A DNA stretch of 60,332 nt from Paraspadella gotoi (GCA_051294375.1 CM119267.1:23398284-23458615); one strand, 5' to 3'. Shown: positions 46,360 through 60,332, numbered from the stretch's first letter. Notes: a model not told the origin generated them from the sequence alone. Made by a program: numbers and translations.

Positions 46360-48640
46360 TGAGGGAGGGAGGGGGGAGTAGGGGGGAGGAGAGAAGGAGG
46401 AAGGGAGGAAAGGAAAGGGTAGGAAGAAGAAATGAAAGGAAAGGGATAAGAGGAAATAATAAAGGAGAAATATGAGGGAGAGTAATGAAAGTTTGCGAAG
46501 AGAAGAAGAGGAAAAGAGAAAAGAAAAGAAAAAAGAGGAAGGGAGGAAATAAAGAGAAAGGAAGGGAAGGATGGAAGGATGAATTGAAAAAGGAAGAATA
46601 GAGGAAGTAAGAAAAAAGAAAGGAAGGAGAATCGCGGGAAGGAAGAAGCCAGAAAGAGAGGAAAGAAGGAAAAATAAGGAAGGGAGAATAAATAAAGGAA
46701 GGGAGGAAGGAAGGGAGGAAGGAAGGGAGGAAGGAAGGGAGGAAGGAAGGGAGGAAGGAAGGGAGGGAAAGGATTAAAACGAGAATCCCATTGACGCGTT
46801 TCTAACGACGGGGAGTCGATCGTGAGAGGAGGCACTCGTCGTCGTGGTCGTCGTCGTCGTCGACGTCGTCATCGACATCGTCGTCGTCGTCGTCTTCGTA
46901 ATTATTCTCATTGTTGCGTCAGGGTCGTCATCGTTGTCGTCGTCATCGTCGTTCTCGTCGACGTCATCGTCGTCATCATTCTAATCGTTGCGCCAGGGTC
47001 GTCATCGTTGTCGTCGTCGTCATCGTTGTCGTCGTCGTCGTCGTTGTTTCAGGGTCATCGTCCTTCTTCTCGTCTTCTTCATTTAAATTGAAAAATAAGT
47101 TAATCAATTATGAATAATTAATAATAATTAATTAATCAATTATGAATAATTAGATGGCTACTACAATATGAGATTTTATAATATCTTTCTGGCCATTAAA
47201 CTGACTATTATGGCTTTTCTCGACTGTTCTTTAACCTTTCTAGGCATTTATTGGCCTTTCTTGGCCTTTCTTAGCCTTTTTTGACTTTTCTAGGCGTTTA
47301 TTAGCCTTTCTTGGCATTTTTTTCCCTTTCTTTGCTTTCTTGGCTTTTCTATGCATTTATTTGCCTTTCTTGGCCTTTTGTGCCTTTCTTAGCTTTTCTT
47401 GACCTCTTGCTCAATACGGCCTGAGACCTCTGCCAGTAAACTCGTCTCGGTCAAGGCAATCTGTCCGCCGACGCGATCCAGATGCCGACGTAGACCGGCC
47501 GCCGACACAATCCTGCTGAGAACGTCGCGAACGCGTCTTCTCTTTCCGACTGTGGAGGTCGCGAGTTCGAGACCTGATCTCCTTTCGCGATTTTGATTAT
47601 TGGCGTTTATTGGATGACCCGAGCCGAGCACGTTTGTTTGGGGGGAAAGAGAAAGAGAAGAGAGAATAGAGAAAGAAAAAGAGAAGGGGTCGTGAGAAAA
47701 GAAAATAAAAGAGAGGAAAGGGAGGTGAGAAAAGAAAATAAAAGAGAGGAAAGGGAGGTGAGAAAAGAAAATAAAAGAGAGGAAAGGGAGGTGAGAAAAG
47801 AAAATAGAAGAGAGGAAAGGGAGGTGAGAAAAGAAAATAAAAGAGAGGAAAGGGAGGTGAGAAAAGTGAAAAGGGGAGGAAAATAAATAGAGAAAAGAAA
47901 AGAATGAAAACAATGAGAAAATTGTTTTAAAGGGGAGAAAGAAAGAATAGAAAAGAAAAGAAAAAAAGAGAAAAATAAGAGGAAGAAGAAAAAGAAAAGA
48001 AAATAAAAAGAAAAGATAAGAAAAAGAAAGGAAAAAAAAAAATAAAAATAAAATAAAATAAAATAAAATGAAAGAAGAAAAGAAAAAGAAAAGATAAGAA
48101 AAAGAATGAAAATATAAAAAAAAGAGAGAAAAAAAGAGAAAGAAAAGAAAAGAAATAAAACGTTAAAAATAATAAAAAAAAAGATGCGGAGTTCAATTTC
48201 AAATGAGCAAAAGTCGACAATTTTCTTGTCAATTTAATCGTCCAGAGTCAAAACGCAGACAGGGGCAGAGAGTAGGCGATTGTCTCATGGAATTTTTGAA
48301 CGCAGGGGAATTTAGGTAATATTAGCAACGTTTGTATGATTATTTATTAACTTCAATTTTACTTAACATTTACGGTTTTCCTCTCCAAAAAAAAGTAATT
48401 AAATTAAGTCATTAAAAAGTCATTAAATTAAGTCATTTCGTTGAATTTAGTGCATATAAAGCAACTATAAAACTATTGTCTGCTGATTTCGATAAGGATT
48501 TTAATCGTGATTTTTTAAAATTGTTTAGATTTTTGTTCTAATCGCTACTCAAGTCAATAAATCTACAATTCTACAAATAAAGACGAAATGTAATGGGTGT
48601 TAATGGAAATGAGGACATTAATTAGGAAAGGGGGAGAAAG

Positions 48641-48676
<36 letters not shown>

Positions 48677-48754
48677 TTTTTTTCGGAATATCTATCGGAG
48701 AAAGAAAAAAATGAGAGAAGAGGGATCGACTCATCTGGCTTCTGATAGAGATGA

Positions 48755-48791
<37 letters not shown>

Positions 48792-49462
48792 GAGTAGGAG
48801 AGAGAGAGATGAAGGCCGTCCTTAAACAATTCAGATCCGAGCTCCACTCGTCTTAGTTTCTGTCTGTCGAAAATCAAGAGAGGGAGAAGACGAGGAAGAG
48901 GAAGAGAGAGAGAGAGAGAGGGAGAGAGAGAGAGGGAAAAAAGAGAGAAAGGATGTAAAGAAAAAAAAAGAAAAACAATTTTTTTTATCTTTTTAACTTC
49001 CTTTTTCTTCTAAACTACGAGTTTCTTGAAAAAATTATTCCTTTTTCTTTCCTTCTTTCCTTCCTTTCTTCCTCTCTCCTTTTTTTTTCTCTCTCTCTTC
49101 CTTTTCTCCTCCTTCTCTCCTTCTCTCCCTCTCTCCGCCTCCTCTCCCTCTCTCCTCCTCCTCTCCCTCTCTCCTCCTCCTCTCCCTCTCTCCTCCTCCT
49201 CTCCCTCTCTCCTTCTCTTTCGCGGGAAATCCTCGTCGGTCGACGGCGCTGAATGAAGAAAGATCTGGAAAATAATGATGCCATCATTCCAGCCACTGAT
49301 TCCGCGCCCTTCCTCTCTTCCTCTCCTTCTTCCTCTCTCCCTCCCCTCATTCCCTTCCTCTCTCCCTTTCTCTCTCTCCTTCTCTCTCCCATCTTTCCAG
49401 CCACTGATTCCTCCAGCCTTTAGTTTCTGGCTCCTGGTTTTATTTCCTCTATCGAAACAAAT

Positions 49463-49561
<99 letters not shown>

Positions 49562-51031
49562 TCATTTTACCGTAAGCCAGATTTGTGACACAGTGACGGG
49601 TGAGAATGAACGATGTGAGTGACACATCGAGATTCTTCCCGTGAAAATGAATGATTAGGATCGATTAGAAAAAACTATCACAGTTTGATGCTCACAAATC
49701 AAAGGCTGGTGATTAATGGAAGGTGCGAACGCGGAAAATCAAACATTGACGGCTGGATAATTTAAATCATGCAGTCAGTGATATTAACTATGACATAAGA
49801 CCGTACAATGATGTAAATGTAAAAGATAGATTCTTAGAATAATTCATAAATCTTATTTGCATATAGTAATAAATTATTTCAAGTCCATTATTTTATGCAC
49901 TGTATCAATATTAAGCCTATTTATGCTTTCACCTCGCTTTTTTATATTGTAGCTTTTATAATTATATCTATACATTTATATTTAGTGGCTTAATTGATTC
50001 GTAGATGATTTTGTGATATACAAACAGAAACAAAAGAAACGCGATGCGAATCCTGACAAGGGAATATGATGCAAACTTTGACAGAAACCAGAAGAAGGTT
50101 TTTTATCGAAGAAAACGACGTCGACTAAAAAAGGGGAAAAAAATTCGATTGTTTTCTTATGGTTGAGAGTCGAACCCTTTTTGGCAGCCGGGTCTCTCTG
50201 AGAGGGGGGGCGGAGGTGGAGGAGGAGAAGGAGGAGGAGGAAGAGGAGAAAAGGGGAGGGGGTTAGTAATGATGGGTGGGAAGGGAAAAAGTTTAACAAG
50301 GGTTGAATTAACAATTAGGAGAACGAAAAGAGTTGCCGTTCTGGGAGAATGGAAGGTAACAATTAAAAAAAGAAGGGATTGAAAAATCTGAGGAAGAGAA
50401 TATATTTTTATAAATATAAAGGTATAACAATTATCATCATTAGGACTACTGTTAAAAAAAAGTGTAGTGCTTGCAAAAAAAGTGACGAACGAGGACAACC
50501 AAAAAAAAAGGACAAGAAAAGAAAGAAAAGCTTTCGCGAGAAATAAAAAGGGGGAAAAAAAAAGGAGGACAGAACAAATAAGGAAATAAAAAAGGAGAAA
50601 AAAAAGGACGTAAAAGAAAAGGAAAGGAAATTAAAAACCGAAGGAGAAGAAAATCCGAGCGGATTTTGGAGGAAAAAGAAAAAAGAAGAAAAAATGAAAA
50701 AAAGAGAGAAAAATGTTTTTTTCTTTTCGGATTCGAAATCGTGTCTTTGGTTTTCTCGAGTGGTGGTCTGCGAGATCCGTCGAAAAAAAAAAGTTGGCCA
50801 CGTTCCCTCTCCGCGCCGCAGGAAGTGTCGCTCCTTACCAGACATTGGATGGTCTTGTCTCCGAACTCTATGGTCAGGGAATGTCCACTTCAAACTGCCC
50901 GTGCCCAGTGCCCCGTGCCCACTGCCAATTACAGAGCCGTACAAACAAAAACGTCAACTTGCCTTTCTCGTTTATTCTCTCTCTCTCTCTCTCTCTCTCC
51001 TCTCTCTCTTCTCTCTCTCTCTCTCTCTCCT

Positions 51032-51074
<43 letters not shown>

Positions 51075-54000
51075 CACCCTTTCACCTCCAACCCCACCGA
51101 ATCATGAGAGACATCTGGTGTCTGTCCGTCTCGATCTTTATGCTTCTTCTTCTTCTTCTTCTTCTTCTTCTTCTCCACCTTCCTCTTCCTCCTCCTCCCA
51201 TAATCCGCTGAGAGACGTCAAAAGGGCGATCGTCAAGGTCGCGGGTTCGATCCCCTTCGCTCCGCTTTCTCAATTTTCATTTTCTTCCGCCGTTCGATCC
51301 TTTGGTCCCGACGAAGGACAACGCCTCGCCTCCTTTCTCTACCAAAACCCATTTCGGCCTTATTTTCCGAGAACGCCCCGTTCAATCTTATGTTCAAAAT
51401 TCGTTTAATTTTTTAAGTTATAGATTTTAGGATTTTTATGGATTTTAGGGTTAGGGATTAGGATAAGGATAGACAAGGTTAGGGATTAGGAAAAAGGGTT
51501 TAATGTTAGAGGATAGGGTTAAAGATTAAGTATATGTGTTTACGGTTAGAGTTGTAGATTAGAGTCGGTCATTAATATTGGAGATTGGATTATAAATTTT
51601 AAAAACATATTTAGGTTAATTATTAAGATTATAATTAAATTCCGGGATAAAGCAACAGAATTGAGGCGCTCTGGGAATACAATACAATTTTTTTATTAGG
51701 TCCCGTTTGTCACTTACCAAACTCTGTTAGCCAACTCGCCTTTTCCTTTCTTCTTTTCAAAAATGTCCCGCCCGATAAAAAAAAATCTAAATCTTGCCAA
51801 ATATTCAAAAAATACACATTTTTAAAAATCTACCGAAAAAACTTTTTATTCTTTCCAAATGTACAAAAATCTATTTCTGTCACAAATTAAATCTTTAAAA
51901 TTTTGAATTTTGTATTCTATCAATACAATTTCCTACCTTCCCCTTAATTCACCCTTTCCCTCTTTCTTCCCTCCTGCTTCACTCCCTTCCTCTCTCTCCC
52001 CTTTTCTCCCTTCCATTCCTCTTTCCCCACACACAAAACAATTTCACCGTGTGGAGGTGTCGTCTTTTGAATTGAGGTCGAAAGACTTTTTTAGGTTAAA
52101 ACCGATTTGACCCCGTGACCTTTATTGACCCTTTGACCTTGATCGACCTTCAGACCTCCATTCTCGTTTCGGATCTCCGCGGGGGCGATCGTAAAAAAAA
52201 AAAAAAAAACACAAAAGGAGAAAAAATTTTTTTTTCTTTTTTTCTTCTTTCTTTTTTTCGTCTTTCGAGGATTTTTTTCTATTTTATTCGTTGTTTCCGT
52301 GGGAAATAAAAACGGTCTTATTTTCTCTAAGCGCCCCCATTTCATCTTAAATTCGGTAAAGTTTTTTTTGGTTTAAATATTGGGTTACAGATTAGGTTAA
52401 GGATTAGCGATAAGAATTAAATTACACATTACACATGACTTAGTCTTCGACGTACACATTATACATTACAAATTACACAAGTTAGCAATGCCCTACTACC
52501 AAAAATGTTTTTGTGCTCAGTGAAGACGACAAGATACAAATCATACAATAATGGCCAATTCAAAAGCCGCAGATCATTTCACGTGATCGCTTCTTGAGGT
52601 GATAATTAATCACGTGACCAGTTCATGGAAATATAATATCACTTTATAAAGGAAGCCAAGTATTCTGGAAGAGAATGAAGTCGAGTAAAAACTATAGTGT
52701 TGATTTTCGTTCTGTGAATGAAATTACTTTTGCCATATATTATCAAAAATGGTAATTTAAATTAAAAAAAAATAATAATAATAACTTGTTAATTGAATGA
52801 ATGTATAAATTTTATAATGTTTGTACAAATTTCATATGTTACACGATTCTTAGTTAATTTATATCGTTCCAAAAATTTGTTTACTTTACAACAAAAAAAA
52901 ATCTTTCAAGAAAAATGTTTTCATCTAATTTCATCCGCGAGATGGAGGCGTCGATGATGACGACAACGACGACGACGACAACGACGACAACGACCACATT
53001 ACGGCCTCCTTCCCTCATTGTTTTGTCCCCAAATGATGTCGTTTGAAAAATGAAACGAAATTAACTTGGAACGGTGATGATGAGTACGACGACGACGAAG
53101 ATGAGGACGACGAATGAAGACGACGACAACGACCTGGAAGTTGAGGAGGAAGACGACGACGACGACGACAATGACGACAACAACAACGACGGCGAGGGCA
53201 CAAGCGACGATCATCTTAATGGCGATAATAATTTTGATGAAGTTGGAATTAAAGGGAAGAATGTTCGGTCGGGTCGAATAGGGCGGTCGAATGTTTCGAA
53301 TGTTTATAAAAGAATATGAATAATGATTAAAATAGTTTAGTTGGTCCGTAATAAGTTAGTATAAAGCTCATATAGTTCATTAACTCGCATTTTTAAAAAA
53401 TCACTTCTACGTATTGGCGAAAGCATGATCTAATATTATTCTAGTTTATTTTTATTTTAAAGGGAAATCCAAAATTTAAAAAAACTTTTAGAAACACTCT
53501 ATCAACTGTTGTGCTTCAACTCGCGCGCGACTTATAAAGAAAATGACAACGACGACAATAATTCCGAGGAAAACGAGGCGAATGACAAAGGACCTCATGA
53601 TATCATCTGATAACTGAGCCGTTTTCATACTCGAAAAATTAATTTACATTTTGTTGTCTTTGGGTTGAAAAATTATTTAAATAAATGCAGTCGTTCTATC
53701 AATAAATTTTTATTTTGTCGCAAAAAATCTAATTTTAAAGTATTTTAGGTTTGATGTATCCTAGCTTTGCCCCTTTCAGGTTTAATGTCCATGCCATTCC
53801 TTTTTCTGTTATAATTTAAGAATACAACTAGTTATCAGATTTCTTTATATGGAATCGTTCAGTTTCCGCTGGAAAATATCTCTTTTTAGTCTTTTCGCAT
53901 TTTAGTCATTAAAATGAAAATCTCACGAATTTAACGAGATTAACGAAAATAGACAAACGATTATGACGTGGCAGCTGATTATATCGACGACGACGACGAC

Positions 54001-54721
54001 GACGACGAATAATGACGTTCGAACCGACGTCAATCATTAGTTGTCAACAAAACAAAACTAATACGAAGAGAAAAAAAAAAACGGAAAATCTTTCGCGGTT
54101 TTTGGTGGAAAATAAAGACGAAGAATTAAAGCAAAAATAAAATAATAATAAAATTGAGAACGATGACAACAACGACGACGACGACGACGAAAACGAAGAT
54201 CATCCAAGAAAATCCCGAGTTTTCGTAAACTACGTCAACTACAACAACAACAACAACCACGAAAACAACAACAATAACAACAAAAACAACGACGACGAAT
54301 AGAGCAAAACGAAGAATCACTACGGCTTCATAACAACAACATTTGTGAGGACGACGACGACAACGACGACGACAACTCCAACGACGACAACAACAACGAC
54401 GAAAGTGGCATCAAAGTCGTCAATGATCCTGACAAACGTGACATCATTAACGACGACGATAAATGCAAAGATTTAAAGACGACAACGACGACGACGATGA
54501 CGAACAATTCGTTGACGATCATGATGATGATGACGACAAAGACGACGACGACGACGACGAATGCTTGGGAGACGATGACGACGACGACGATGACAACGAG
54601 GACAACGATTGCTTCAGCGACGATGATGATGACGATGATGATGATGATGACGACGAAGACGACGACGAATGCTTGAGAGACGACAACGACGACGACGATG
54701 AATGCTTGAAAGACGACGACA

Positions 54722-54782
<61 letters not shown>

Positions 54783-55272
54783 ATGCCTAAGAGACGAGGT
54801 CAGTTAATCTTGGGTCGAGTCGCACAAACAAAACATTTTTTTTCTCTGCGACTCAGTTCCGTGACTCGGAACGAAGAGGAAGGGGAAAAGAGGGGAAGAA
54901 TCGAGGACAATAAGGGGAGAATCAGGGAGGAAATGGGGAAGAATCGGAGACGTTGTCGGGAGCGATCGGGGTGGCTGGGGAAAATCGGAAAAGATAGGGA
55001 TAAATTAGGGATGAAGTGGAGAAAAATCGGGGATGAGGAGGGAAGGAATATAGGAGGAAGTGGGGAAGAATCAGGGATAAGAAGGGGAATAATCGGGGAC
55101 GAAGTAGAAGAGAATCGGAAAGGAGGTACAGAAGATTCGGGGATAGAATCGGAGGAATAAAAAAATTAAAGAAAAAAAAAGAAAAACAAGAAAAACAAGA
55201 GAAGAATCAGGGAAAGGAAAATCGGGGATATAAAGTTGTTGAAATTGTTGGAGAATAGAGAGAGATGCTATC

Positions 55273-55352
<80 letters not shown>

Positions 55353-55507
55353 TAGAAAAAAGAAATCATGGTTAGAAATATTGATGAATTAATAACAAAC
55401 AGCAATGTTTGAAAAAAAATATTGATTGTTTATATTTTGAAACGCTTTTACAAAAAGAAATCAAGAGTAACAAATTCCAACGAGAGTTTATGTCCAAGAG
55501 AGAGAGA

Positions 55508-55551
<44 letters not shown>

Positions 55552-57521
55552 TTGACAAAAGAGGGAAAACAAAGAATGACATGTTTTGACGAGAAAGGGA
55601 AGAGACAAAGGGGGCGTGGCACGACCGTGGCGCCGCCGACGGCCTCCTGGCGAAATAATTATCGTCCCTTTTTACAATTTTACAATACAATGTATAATGT
55701 TATGATTTTTATACGCTCAGTTTTATCACCACGACAATAAACAGGCCTAAGAAAAAAAAATTGAAACTAAATAAATTACTACATTAAATATAATTACTAC
55801 ATTTGTATATGAAAATGAAGGAATTATTTTTCATTTTTAAGGAGAACCCGCCAAAAAAAATGTGGAGGGACCGGCTCATTCTAGATTTCTACATTTCTAC
55901 ATTTCTCCATTTTGACATTCGTTTTTTCACACGCCCCTGCCTCTGACATATAAGTGATAAATAAGAAACTACGAAGGAGCGATATATATATATATATGAA
56001 GAGCGGGCAGACAAATGACCGACATGAGTTATTTGACCGACAAAGACTGACCGACCAGCGAAGAAAAGAAACCGACGAAGCGAAGATTGAAGAAAGAATC
56101 GAGTGTTGGAGGCTGAAAGGAGGGAGAGGGAGGGAGAGAGAGGGATTAGAGGGAGGGAGAGAGGGAAGGGAGAGAAGGGAGGGAGAGGGAGGGAGAGGGG
56201 GGAGAGGAGGGAGGGAGGGAAAGAGGGAGGAAGAGGGAGAGAGAGGGAGAGAGAGGGAGAGAGGGAGGGAGAGGGAGGGAGGGAGGGAGGGAGAGAGGGA
56301 GGAAGAGAGAGAGAGATGGAGGGAGAGAGGGAGGAGAGGGAGGGAGGGAGAGGGAGAGCGAGGGAGAGGGGAGAGAGAGAATCGAGAAGAAGAATAGGAG
56401 GAAGAAATATTAGAAAACATTGTGAAGAAAAAAAGAAAAGAAGGAAAGGAGACATGAAGGAAAGGAAGGAAGGAAAGGAAAGAGAGGAAAGTAGAAGGAA
56501 AGAAAGGAAAGAGATAAAAGGAGACAAGAAGGAAAGGAAGGAAGAGGAAAGACTCGAAGAGATAATAAGGATTTCGACAAAGAAAAAGAAAAGAAAAGAA
56601 AAGAAATAAAAGGAAATGAGTAAAGAAAAGAAAAAGGGGAAAAAAAGGGGAAAAAAAGGAAGAAAAGAAAAAAAAGAAATAGAGAAAGGAAAAATGAGTA
56701 AAGAAATGTGTTAAGGAAAAAAACAGGAGAGAAAAAGGAAAAAAACAGGAGAGAAAAAGGAAAGAAAAAGGAAAGAAAAAGGAAAAAAGGACTCGGAAGA
56801 GATAAGAGACTGAAGGACTTCGACAATTTCGTTCTCGTGGGACAAAAATGGAAGGAGAAAAACGAAAAGTCCGGCGAAGCGGTGTGGGGGAGAGAGACTG
56901 GGGGTCCGAGAAGGGGGATGCAACGGGGGGTTGGGGGTAATAAGAGTGGGGGGGTGGGGCAGCCGAAGAGGGCCGAGGGATGAGTATTTAAAGAGGCGAA
57001 GGAGAAAAAGATTAAGAGGCTAAAAAAGGAGGAGAAATCTAGCGGAGAATTTTGTAGGGGAAGGCACCGGAGACGGTTAAGGCTGTGATGCTGTGAGCCA
57101 GTGAATGTGAATTTAGGGTTTATAAATTTATTTGAAAATATCAGTTTATAAATTTTGTTTCACTTTTTAGACACTAAATTAACATTTTCAACCAAATAGT
57201 TCTTTTGTTTTTTTTATTTTGCAAATATAAACTGTAATGAGCTCGCATCGTTGCGACACCAATTATGTTTGAGAAAATAGTACAACAGCAAGATGGCGTT
57301 GTCATCGAAAGTGGCGGCGGTGGCGGTAGCGGCGGTGGTATGGGTGATGGAGGTGGTGGTAGTGGTGGCGGCGGTGGCGGTGGCGTGGCGGAGGGGGGGG
57401 GCGGCGGCGGTGACGGTCGAGGAGGCGTCGAAGGTTAATCCCGAAATAGCGAAAAAACTTCTCGGCTAATAACTGGTTTATTGTGATAAATTCTCTATAG
57501 AGACAATAACCTCGGCGGAAT

Positions 57522-57616
<95 letters not shown>

Positions 57617-59608
57617 CAGATTGGATCAGGAAAAGAGAAGCCAAACTCGGAGGGAAAGGTGAAAAACAAATGGATCGGTTAAGATAATTTGTGATGGAAT
57701 GTGAATGAGTTAAATGTGAAAGATAGGTTTAAAGGTGAAGTTCACGGGTTGAATGTGAAAGAGAGCGAGGAAGGACCAGTGGTGAGTTAGTGCGGCGATG
57801 GTGAAGATCGACTGTGAGACGTGAAGATAAAAGAAAAGGCGGTCAAAAGTGAGAGGAAAAGTCGAAACGAGATTGTGAAAGATGAAAGAAGGGAAAAGCG
57901 GTGAAGGGTGAAGCTGTGAGAGTGGTGAGTGAGGGACTGGGGGGGAGTGAAGGTGGTGATGACATAAGGGGGCAGAGAAAAGGGGGTTGAAACTGGTGGT
58001 TTGATTGACAAGGGAGATTTAATGTTATGAAATTGGTACAACCAATATAAAAACTATCCATTCATTTAATAAATAAGCTATCGTGCCCCAGACTTTGAAC
58101 AGGCCTTGGTGGTTTAAGGCCTTGAGCTTTCAGGGTAACTTTACCAGGTTAAGGGCGAAGTGGTAAGTGTTGATTGTAAAAGGAAAGAGTTTCGTGGGCA
58201 AAGTGCTGTGGGTTGAAAACAAAGAGCGAATCGTAATAGGATGTGGTCAAATTATGTTGAATTCATTCCTGTAGTTTCTATACCAGAAAGGTAGAGGTTT
58301 AAGGATTGAGAGCAAGGGGGGGAGAAGCCATTCCGAAAATAAAATCTTATTACGTTCGCTACGTCGGGTTGGACCGTTTGCATGAGAAAAGCGTCATTGG
58401 CTCCCGACGTCTTTTTTGCATATAAAGTATAAAAAGGTTGAAAGGAAAAATCGAAACCTCTTTTAGACGACGACGACGAAGAGAGACGACGACGACGACG
58501 ACGACGACGATGGCCACGGCGATGAGACTGATCTTGACAATGCAGCGGACGAACTCTGGTGACAATAAAAAAGGACGACGATGAAAGAGACGATGATAAA
58601 AAAAGAGAGACGAAGATGATGATGGCGATGACAACGACTAAATAAACTCAACGAGACTGAAAATAATATATATTATTTTAAAACATATGTCATATAAATG
58701 TTTCTGAAAATAAAATGAAATAAAATAAACAACAAAAGTCTACGGTCTCATCGTACGAAAAGAAACACAATCACTATATGAGCAAGTCCATATCTAAGTA
58801 ATAAAATACTTGATTATAATTATTAATTAATCAGTTAAAATATTATTATAATTCCTGTTAATCACCAGAATGGCTAAAGACTATAATTAACTACAGAAAA
58901 ACCGAAAAACAATCAATATTGAAATCCAAAATGAAACTGTACAAATTCAAGTTCAACACTACAATATGTAAATGAGATTGAGAAATTCAATCTCATTTAA
59001 GTTAATATTAGTAAATCATCCATTATAACAACCACATCATTATAACAACCACATCAAGAACAAAACAAGTCAATGGAATCCTCTTTTTCCAAATTAAGAA
59101 ACAATTGATAATTCTCCATCTTTTTATTTCAAGAACACTCTCTTCCTTTCATTTCCTCTTCAAATATCCTTTCTCTTCCGACTCTTCTTCTTCCTTTTCT
59201 CCTCCCTCTCTTCTTCACATTCTCCCTCTGTTCCTCCCCTTCTCCTCTTTCTCCCATTTTCCCTCTCTTCCTACCTCTCTCCCTCTCACCATCTCCACTT
59301 CTCCCTCTCTCTCTCCCCTTCTCCCTCTCTCCCTCTCTCCCTCCTTTTCTTCCTCTTAAAAAAAGATTAAGAGACAAGATTTTGTCGAAGGTGAGTGAAA
59401 ATTTTCTCGACTCAGCACTTCCTATCTTTTTATCTTCTTATCTTCTTATCTTCCTAACTTTTTATCGTCTTATCTTCTTATATTTCTAGATATTCTTATC
59501 GTTCTATCTTCATCTATATCTATTCTCTTATCTATCTATCTTCTTCTCTTTTTATTTTTTTTCTTTCCTCTCATCCTCCTCTTCCTTCCCCACTTTTCAC
59601 TCCCCTTT

Positions 59609-59660
<52 letters not shown>

Positions 59661-60332
59661 ATTTTTCCTTTTAATTTCTCGGATGTAAGAAGAATCATAA
59701 ACGCGTGGCCCGAATCGGCCCCTCCTGGGATTCTTCGCTGCCGCTGCCGCCGCCGTCGCTGCGGCCGCTGCCGCCGCTCCATATCACCGCCGCGGCCTCC
59801 GCGGTCTCTCCGCCGCTTCAGCCGCCGCCGCCGCTGCTGATCCGGCTCTCCGCTGCCGCTTCCGCCGCCGGGGGAATCCTGCTCTGCGGGTTTTTCGAGG
59901 ATTTAATCAAAGTCGAATTTCGTCTCGAGTCGATTTGGCGGGAAAAAAAAAATTGGCGAGGCCGGGGATTCGAACCAGGGACTTTTGGATATAAAAAACC
60001 TTTTTTTTTGTGGTGGGGGGGAGGATTCGTGGAACGAAAATAAACGAATAGACCGACGTCGAAATATCACAGGCTAATGCGCCCTCTATGGTGTAAAAAC
60101 TCATGTGTCTATTATTAGCATTATTATTAAGCCATATATTTGAAAGATTAAGCCATTATTAAGCCTTAAAAGAATTGCGATGCCGATGATCTATTATGGT
60201 TTTGCCCGGTTACATTGCAATAATTACAATACAATACAATATAATACAATAATTACAATTCAATTTTATGGATTGTAAATTGTATAATTACGCTCGTAAA
60301 CCTATCGTGGTATATATATACTCTCTCTCTCT
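46360..60332. repeat. Simple-repeat-dense region: (GA)n/(CT)n, (GAC)n/(GTC)n, (GGC)n/(GCC)n and polypurine tracts
   Basis: Examples: (CT)n 49466-49558; (GAC)n 54350-54780; GA-rich 56118-56800; (GGC)n-like 57311-57415; (GCC)n-like 59737-59870. Confidence 0.9.
47692..47866. repeat. 33-bp purine-rich minisatellite, about 5 copies
   Basis: GTGAGAAAAGAAAATAAAAGAGAGGAAAGGGAG repeated in tandem. Confidence 0.9.

Noticed and set aside
57289-57438. Gly-rich reading frame as a last exon
   Set aside because: Explained by a degenerate (GGC/GGT)n microsatellite; similar (GCC)n tracts occur at 59737-59870.

Overview
AT-rich, microsatellite-dense scaffold from a eukaryote, most likely an invertebrate animal (GT-AG introns, SRCR and LDLa domains, BEL/Pao remnant). 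It has seven N-gaps and several stretches that look error-rich. Two genes are supportable. (1) An intronless 1065-aa secreted protein at 41262-44459 (+): signal peptide, a Gla-propeptide-like plus insulin/Gla-like Cys module, one LDL-receptor class A repeat, two SRCR domains, then about 700 aa of helical and beta-type sequence I cannot assign. (2) A spliced type II membrane protein from 2489 (+) with an 18-residue-periodic coiled-coil stalk and two small downstream exons (6801-6916, 17877-17999) that the ORF track misses; it carries stops and frameshifts, so it is either a pseudogene or contains consensus errors. The 11-kb intron of gene 2 holds nested elements: a Helentron-associated (HINE-like) repeat, a decayed BEL/Pao LTR element, and a miniature LTR retrotransposon whose LTRs contain a tRNA-Gly-like sequence. 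Two apparent tandem duplications sit on 25-N gaps and are probably assembly artefacts. From 46 kb on, the window is mostly simple repeats with a few motif clusters. All family assignments are by eye; no search was run.
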